A stretch of DNA of 64,000 nucleotides from a virus: the IMG/VR virus record IMGVR_UViG_3300032323_003202, positions 7,077-71,076 of that record, one strand, 5' to 3'. Position numbers and translations under genes: made by a program. This document shows positions 59,218 to 64,000 of the stretch, piece by piece. Below the pieces are notes generated by a model. That model saw only the letters and a list, made by a program, of their open reading frames with translations, did not search any database and was not told the DNA's origin. The first letter of the stretch is position 1. Every line of letters starts with the position of its first letter.

Positions 59218-60516
59218 ATGAAGAAAAATAATGAAGGTCTTTTTAATAGATTTAAGAAAAAAGAAACAGGAGATAAATTTAAAGATTTATTCTTAAAATT
59301 AACAGAATACACTATTCCATATGGTCATGAGACTAAATTAGAAAAATATTTACCTACTGGATATAAAAAAGATTCAATTGGTAATTACTATATTCAAGTT
59401 GGTAAATCAGAAACTTTATTTACAACTCACTTAGATACATATTCTGATGAATATGAAAAAGTAAATCATGTAATTGAAGGAGATATTATTAAAACTGATG
59501 GTACTACTATATTAGGTGGTGATAATAAATTAGGAATGACTATTCTATTAAATATGATAGAAAGAGGTATTCCAGGTACTTATTATTTCTTCTTAGGTGA
59601 AGAGCCAATTTTAAGTGGTGGTCTATGGGGTTCACAAAATGCATTAGAAGCCAATCCAGAGTTTTTCAAACAATTTAAGAGAGCAGTTGCATTTGATAGA
59701 AAACAAACAGGTTCTGTTGTAAGAAGACAAAAAGCAAGATATTGTTGTTCTCAAGAATTTGCAGAAGCACTTTCTGATGAATTAACAGATTTAGGAGTTG
59801 AATCAAAACCAGACCCAAATGCATATTATACTGATACTGCAACTTTCTTAGATATTATACCAGAATGTACTAATATTAGTGCTGGTGGTTGGAAAGAACA
59901 CTTTAAAGAAGAATGGGTTGATTTAGGATATACTAAAAGAGTATTAGAAGCAGCTTGTAAAGTAGATTGGGAAAACTTACCAACTGAAAGAAAAGTAACT
60001 TATTACCAACCAAAATCAAATATTATACCAAGACATAGATATGCAGGTAAAAAAACTATTTTAGCAGTTAAGAAGATATTAAATAAATATGATTTACTTC
60101 ATACTAATGAATTAGAGTTCAATACTTATAATACAGATACATTAGTATTTAACACTTGGTTTGAAGAGGTTGATATAAAAGTAACTATAGTTGATGATAT
60201 TTTACTTCAAATTGAAGGCGAAGAACCTATTAGATTTGAGTTTAATGAATTGGAAAAATTAGACCTTTACTTTGGTAACTTATTTGGTGTTGAAATTGAT
60301 CCAAACAAATATAAAATGATGGCTTATCAAGATGGTTCAATTAGTATATTAGGACAACAATTTGCAAGTGTACAAGACTATTTAGAAATGTTTGATAGTA
60401 TCAATAGTGATGATACATCTTATGTTATTAAAAAAGGTGGTGAACAATATAAATACTATGGTGATATTATCCCAAAAGAATTAGTATTTAAGTGGTTTGA
60501 AGAAAATGTTGAATAA
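59218..60516 (+). CDS. M28/M20-like Zn peptidase paralog
   Basis: THLDT, LGGDNKLG, GEEP, AFDR, YTDT, NISAGG..EH. Confidence 0.8.
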   Translation: MKKNNEGLFNRFKKKETGDKFKDLFLKLTEYTIPYGHETKLEKYLPTGYKKDSIGNYYIQVGKSETLFTTHLDTYSDEYEKVNHVIEGDIIKTDGTTILGGDNKLGMTILLNMIERGIPGTYYFFLGEEPILSGGLWGSQNALEANPEFFKQFKRAVAFDRKQTGSVVRRQKARYCCSQEFAEALSDELTDLGVESKPDPNAYYTDTATFLDIIPECTNISAGGWKEHFKEEWVDLGYTKRVLEAACKVDWENLPTERKVTYYQPKSNIIPRHRYAGKKTILAVKKILNKYDLLHTNELEFNTYNTDTLVFNTWFEEVDIKVTIVDDILLQIEGEEPIRFEFNELEKLDLYFGNLFGVEIDPNKYKMMAYQDGSISILGQQFASVQDYLEMFDSINSDDTSYVIKKGGEQYKYYGDIIPKELVFKWFEENVE

Positions 60517-60567
60517 AAAGTAAACTTTTTAGGCTTTTTAATTATAATATATAGTATTACATTATTA

Positions 60568-60932
60568 GGGGGTGTTACAGAATTGATTTGTGGTCTAATA
60601 GTGATTATGCAAGTATCGGGTGGTCTACAATGACCGATTAATAAATTAGTTGATACAATTTTAAACGGAAACGTAAACCAAGTAGGAACAAGTGAAGATA
60701 TAGTAGCTTGCTTACAAAACAACATGATCTCTGATCTAGTAGTAGCTTAATTAAGTTTAAACTATTATGCACAAAAAAGCTGTGTCACCAGTTGAAAAGT
60801 GAAACTTTTTTATTAGAGTTTTGAGATTCAAAAACTAAATATTTTGTAAGTTAAGAAAAACTTACTAAACTTGTAAATGAATAGTTATTATTAACTGAAA
60901 AAGACACGTTGGGCAGTACAACGTCACCTCCA
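60568..60932 (+). ncRNA. ssrA: Phage-encoded tmRNA (one-piece)
   Basis: 5' GGGGGTG pairs with 3' CACCTCC-A, including G3.U70; T-arm ACGTTG-GGCAGTA-CAACGT; helix 2 AATAGTGATTAT/TGCAAGT pairs with ACTTGTA/ATAGTTATTATT; internal tag ORF 60667-60750; upstream AATATATAG; downstream terminator. Confidence 0.9.
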
Positions 60933-60936
60933 CAAC

Positions 60937-60967
60937 AAAAAAGTCCATCAAATTGATGGACTTTTTT
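60937..60967. terminator. Bidirectional terminator after tmRNA
   Basis: AAAAAAGTCCATCA-aat-TGATGGACTTTTTT. Confidence 0.85.
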
Positions 60968-61439
60968 ATTTTAATTTAACATATATTTGAATTTTCTTTA
61001 TCTTTTTATTTGTTGTTCTTCCTGATAGTAGTTGCTTTCTATCATAGAAAAAATGTGTATGTTGTGTGATATACATAGGAGTTTCAAAATCCACAACTAA
61101 TTCATCTTTTATATCCTTTTGATATGAAGGAACCCAATCATTATTAAAAGTTCCACATATTTCATATTTACTATCCAACATTTCAAAAAAAGGTATAAAA
61201 TCATCTTTAATTTCTCTCCAATAAAATGAGTTTATTCTTTCAGAATCTCTTAAATGTGCTGCATCTCTTTTAACTTTTTCAAATACTAATCTCCAAGCAT
61301 TACAATTTGGTGTCCATACAACTCTTACTTGATATCCTTCATCAAGTAAATAAGCTAAGTTCTCATTACAAAATTTTTGTAATTCTTCTTTGATTTCAGA
61401 ATTACCAAATGATTCAAAAAACTTTCTTAAATATTTCAT
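60966..61439 (-). CDS. Hypothetical protein with leader MKYLRKFFESF
   Basis: ORF track; upstream TAATATATA. Confidence 0.65.
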   Translation of the reverse strand: MKYLRKFFESFGNSEIKEELQKFCNENLAYLLDEGYQVRVVWTPNCNAWRLVFEKVKRDAAHLRDSERINSFYWREIKDDFIPFFEMLDSKYEICGTFNNDWVPSYQKDIKDELVVDFETPMYITQHTHFFYDRKQLLSGRTTNKKIKKIQIYVKLK

Positions 61440-61470
61440 ATATTATATATTAAATGTTAATTTTGTAATT

Positions 61471-61977
61471 ATGATAAATAGATTTGATGGTAGATATAGT
61501 TTTCTTTCAAACTTCTACCCCTGTAAAATAGAACACCAAGGTATAACTTACCCATCTGTTGAGGCATTTTATGTTGCAATGAAATGTAATAGTAATCAAA
61601 CATTTGATGGAGTATATTATACAACAGTGGATTTTAGAGAAATGATTGCTGTTGTTAAAAGTCCTGGTCATGTAAAGAAAATAGGACAAAAAATTAAGAT
61701 AAGACCTGATTGGGATTCTAAGAAATTAGAGTTTATGACTTGGGGAGTTAATGAAAAATTTAAAGATCCTACATTAAAAGAAATGTTACTAATGACTGGT
61801 AATGTTGAAATTGTTGAAGGTAATTATTGGCACGATAATTTTTATGGTCAGTGTTCTTGTGAAAAATGTGCAGGCAAAGGTAAAAATCATTTAGGTAAAC
61901 TTTTAATGGAAATTAGAAGTGAATTAAGTGGAACAAAAAAACCAAACCTTTATGATGTCTTATTCCCAAAGAAATAA
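61471..61977 (+). CDS. NADAR (YbiA-like) family protein
   Basis: FLSNFYP, YPSVEAFY.AMK, RPDW, KF, LLMTG, E.NYWHD.FYG, GKNHLGKLLMEIR; start re-called at MINRF. Confidence 0.88.
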   Translation: MINRFDGRYSFLSNFYPCKIEHQGITYPSVEAFYVAMKCNSNQTFDGVYYTTVDFREMIAVVKSPGHVKKIGQKIKIRPDWDSKKLEFMTWGVNEKFKDPTLKEMLLMTGNVEIVEGNYWHDNFYGQCSCEKCAGKGKNHLGKLLMEIRSELSGTKKPNLYDVLFPKK

Positions 61978-62030
61978 TGAAAATAACCTAATTACTTTGG
62001 AGGGAAACTATATTATTTTATATATAGTAT

Positions 62031-62858
62031 ATGAGAAAATTAAAGGAACTTACAAAGGAAGAAGAACAAGAAATTGTTCTTAAAAGACAAAATGGATTAA
62101 AAAGGAAAGACATAATAAAGGAATATGGTATTTCAGATAGACATTACCAAAAAGTAATTGTTGAAAATGGTGGTGAATTAAATGAAAGAACTAGAAAGTT
62201 TAACTTTGATGAAAATTACTTTGAAAATATAGACACAGAGGATAAGGCATATTTTTTAGGTTTCATAGTTGCAGATGGTAGTGTTAACAATAAAACATTG
62301 AATATATCACAAAAAGAACCTGATATTTTATATGAGTTTAAAAGATATATAAATTTTGAGGGTAAAATTTTAAAAAGTAAAGGAAGAAATATACATACAA
62401 TAAATTTATATTCTGAAAAAACTATAAATGATTTATATAGATTAGGTATCTATTCAAATAAAACTATGATAGTGAAATATCCTGAAATACCTAAAGACTT
62501 AGAACATCATTTTATGAGAGGTTTATTTGATGGTGATGGTTGTATATCAATACATAAAAAGAGAAAAGGTGGAAGAGATACCACAGATAGAGGACAAGTT
62601 AATATATGCTCAGGTAGTAGAGATTTTATTGAAGAGTATGTTGAAAGATTGAATAAGTATTGTGGTATAACAAAAAATAAAATAAGATGTCCAAAGGGAA
62701 CATATAATGTAATAGATTGGGCATCATTTAGTGATATAGAGAGGTTCTATGATTTTTTCTACAAAGATGCAACTATTTATCTAAAGAGAAAAAAAGAAAC
62801 TTTTGATATGGCAATATCTATAAGTAAGAGTAAAACAAAATACAGAAAAAAAAATTAA
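62031..62858 (+). CDS. LAGLIDADG homing endonuclease (two motifs, free-standing)
   Basis: AYFLGFIVADGS and FMRGLFDGDGC; N-terminal HTH-like segment. Confidence 0.87.
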   Translation: MRKLKELTKEEEQEIVLKRQNGLKRKDIIKEYGISDRHYQKVIVENGGELNERTRKFNFDENYFENIDTEDKAYFLGFIVADGSVNNKTLNISQKEPDILYEFKRYINFEGKILKSKGRNIHTINLYSEKTINDLYRLGIYSNKTMIVKYPEIPKDLEHHFMRGLFDGDGCISIHKKRKGGRDTTDRGQVNICSGSRDFIEEYVERLNKYCGITKNKIRCPKGTYNVIDWASFSDIERFYDFFYKDATIYLKRKKETFDMAISISKSKTKYRKKN

Positions 62859-62863
62859 TAAAA

Positions 62864-63856
62864 ATGTCGATAATTTCATATTTCGGTGGTAAGGCAAACT
62901 TTCAATCCTTTATCACACCTATAATTCCAAAAGATTGTAAAACTTATGTAGAACCATTTTCTGGTTCATTCGCAATTTATTTAGATTCTAAATTAGAATT
63001 TGAAAATGTTATCTTTAATGATAGAAACAGACATCAAGCTAATTTGATGCAATGTTGTTCAAGACCAGAAGAGTTTTTGGTAGAACTTAAAAAACTAATG
63101 GATTTTGGTGGACTTCTTTATACAGAAGAAACTGAATTAGATAAGAAATGGGATTTCTATAAAGCAATTTACAGAACTTACATTACTAATGATTTCTTAG
63201 ATAATATGGACTTTGAGATTGGTGACTTAGAAGTAGGTGCTATTTATGCATTTTTAATTACATCAAGTTTCAGTTCTGTTTATCCAAGAGGTGGTGGTTT
63301 CACTGGATTTAAGAAAAAAACAAACAAGTTAAATCTACAAATTCTAATCAATAAGTTAGAGAAAAATAAATATACTGAAAGATTACAAAACATTAATGAG
63401 TTTAATAACTTAGATTTTGAAGAAGTTATTACAATGCATGATGCTGAAGATACTTATATGTATTTAGACCCGCCTTATGCTCGTTTTAATGACATTAAAA
63501 ATGATGATGATGGTAGAAGATTGTTTTGGTATGGATGTGACACAGAGAACACCTTTGGAGTTTCTTCACACAGACGTTTATTAGAGTTATTAAAGAAATC
63601 TAAATGTAGATGGTCTTTATCATACTACTACTTTCCTTTATTAGAGGAATTGTTACCTAAAGATGAATACTTTTGGACTTCAAAAGAGTTTCATAGACCA
63701 TCTGCAGTAATTAAGAATAAAGTAGAAGGTGTAGATAAAGAGAAAGGTGTTGAGTTATTGATTATGAATTACAACCCTGAGACTGGAGAAAAAATAAATG
63801 TTAATTCAGATGTTCAACAACAATCAGAACCAGAATGGGATCCATTTAGAGATTAA
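62864..63856 (+). CDS. N6-adenine DNA methyltransferase (Dam/D12-like)
   Basis: SYFGGK, YVEPFSGS, ND, YLDPPY, ELLIMNY. Confidence 0.9.
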   Translation: MSIISYFGGKANFQSFITPIIPKDCKTYVEPFSGSFAIYLDSKLEFENVIFNDRNRHQANLMQCCSRPEEFLVELKKLMDFGGLLYTEETELDKKWDFYKAIYRTYITNDFLDNMDFEIGDLEVGAIYAFLITSSFSSVYPRGGGFTGFKKKTNKLNLQILINKLEKNKYTERLQNINEFNNLDFEEVITMHDAEDTYMYLDPPYARFNDIKNDDDGRRLFWYGCDTENTFGVSSHRRLLELLKKSKCRWSLSYYYFPLLEELLPKDEYFWTSKEFHRPSAVIKNKVEGVDKEKGVELLIMNYNPETGEKINVNSDVQQQSEPEWDPFRD

Positions 63857-63860
63857 TCAA

Positions 63861-64000
63861 ATGTTCAATGATATTAAGTTGAGTGATGTTATAACATTGG
63901 ATAAAAGTGTTAATACTAACTTTACTAAATACTCTACATCTGTTCAAATGAGTTCTGATGATTTCTCACTTATTAGAGAACATATTGAAAAAGATATTGC
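63861..64000 (+). CDS. 3'-truncated hypothetical ORF
   Basis: ATG 63861, open to the window end. Confidence 0.4.
   Translation, partial: MFNDIKLSDVITLDKSVNTNFTKYSTSVQMSSDDFSLIREHIEKDI

Noticed and set aside
60456-60725. 89-aa minus-strand ORF
   Set aside because: Antisense to the tmRNA, which explains the region better.
44707-62858. Group I introns or inteins hosting the endonucleases
   Set aside because: All three endonucleases are intergenic with their own starts, flanking genes look intact, and no intron core was recognised.
1-64000. Stop-codon reassignment as in some jumbo phages
   Set aside because: Long genes are intact under the standard code, and TGA and TAG occur as plausible stops.

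Overview
This AT-rich 64 kb segment comes from a large T4-superfamily (myovirus, probably jumbo) phage genome and uses the standard genetic code. Virion genes are scattered on both strands: tail sheath, tube, hub, gp25, gp15, tape-measure-like, gp4, gp2, portal, prohead protease-scaffold fusion and major capsid. Replication and transcription genes include Mre11/gp47, a clamp loader, a gp55-like late sigma, ThyA and an adenine MTase. Three free-standing homing endonucleases and many accessory genes are also present. A Bacteroidota-like host is a weak inference from the lack of Shine-Dalgarno motifs and the G-starting tmRNA tag. Most notable: (1) about 15 unrelated proteins share an N-terminal MK[YH]LKx[FY]ExF/NE leader resembling the T4 capsid-targeting sequence, suggesting a packaged and injected effector arsenal (ART-like, SET, cysteine hydrolase, papain-like, NFACT-R). 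(2) A phage tmRNA with an atypical T-loop and a 27-aa tag lies near RNase R and NFACT-R genes, a possible ribosome-rescue hijack. (3) The late sigma gene lacks an AUG for its conserved N-terminus and sits behind an out-of-frame uORF. (4) A truncated paralog of the major capsid protein is present. (5) An ATATATA promoter-like motif recurs only 4-6 nt before start codons. All protein calls are by motif recognition; no database searches were run.
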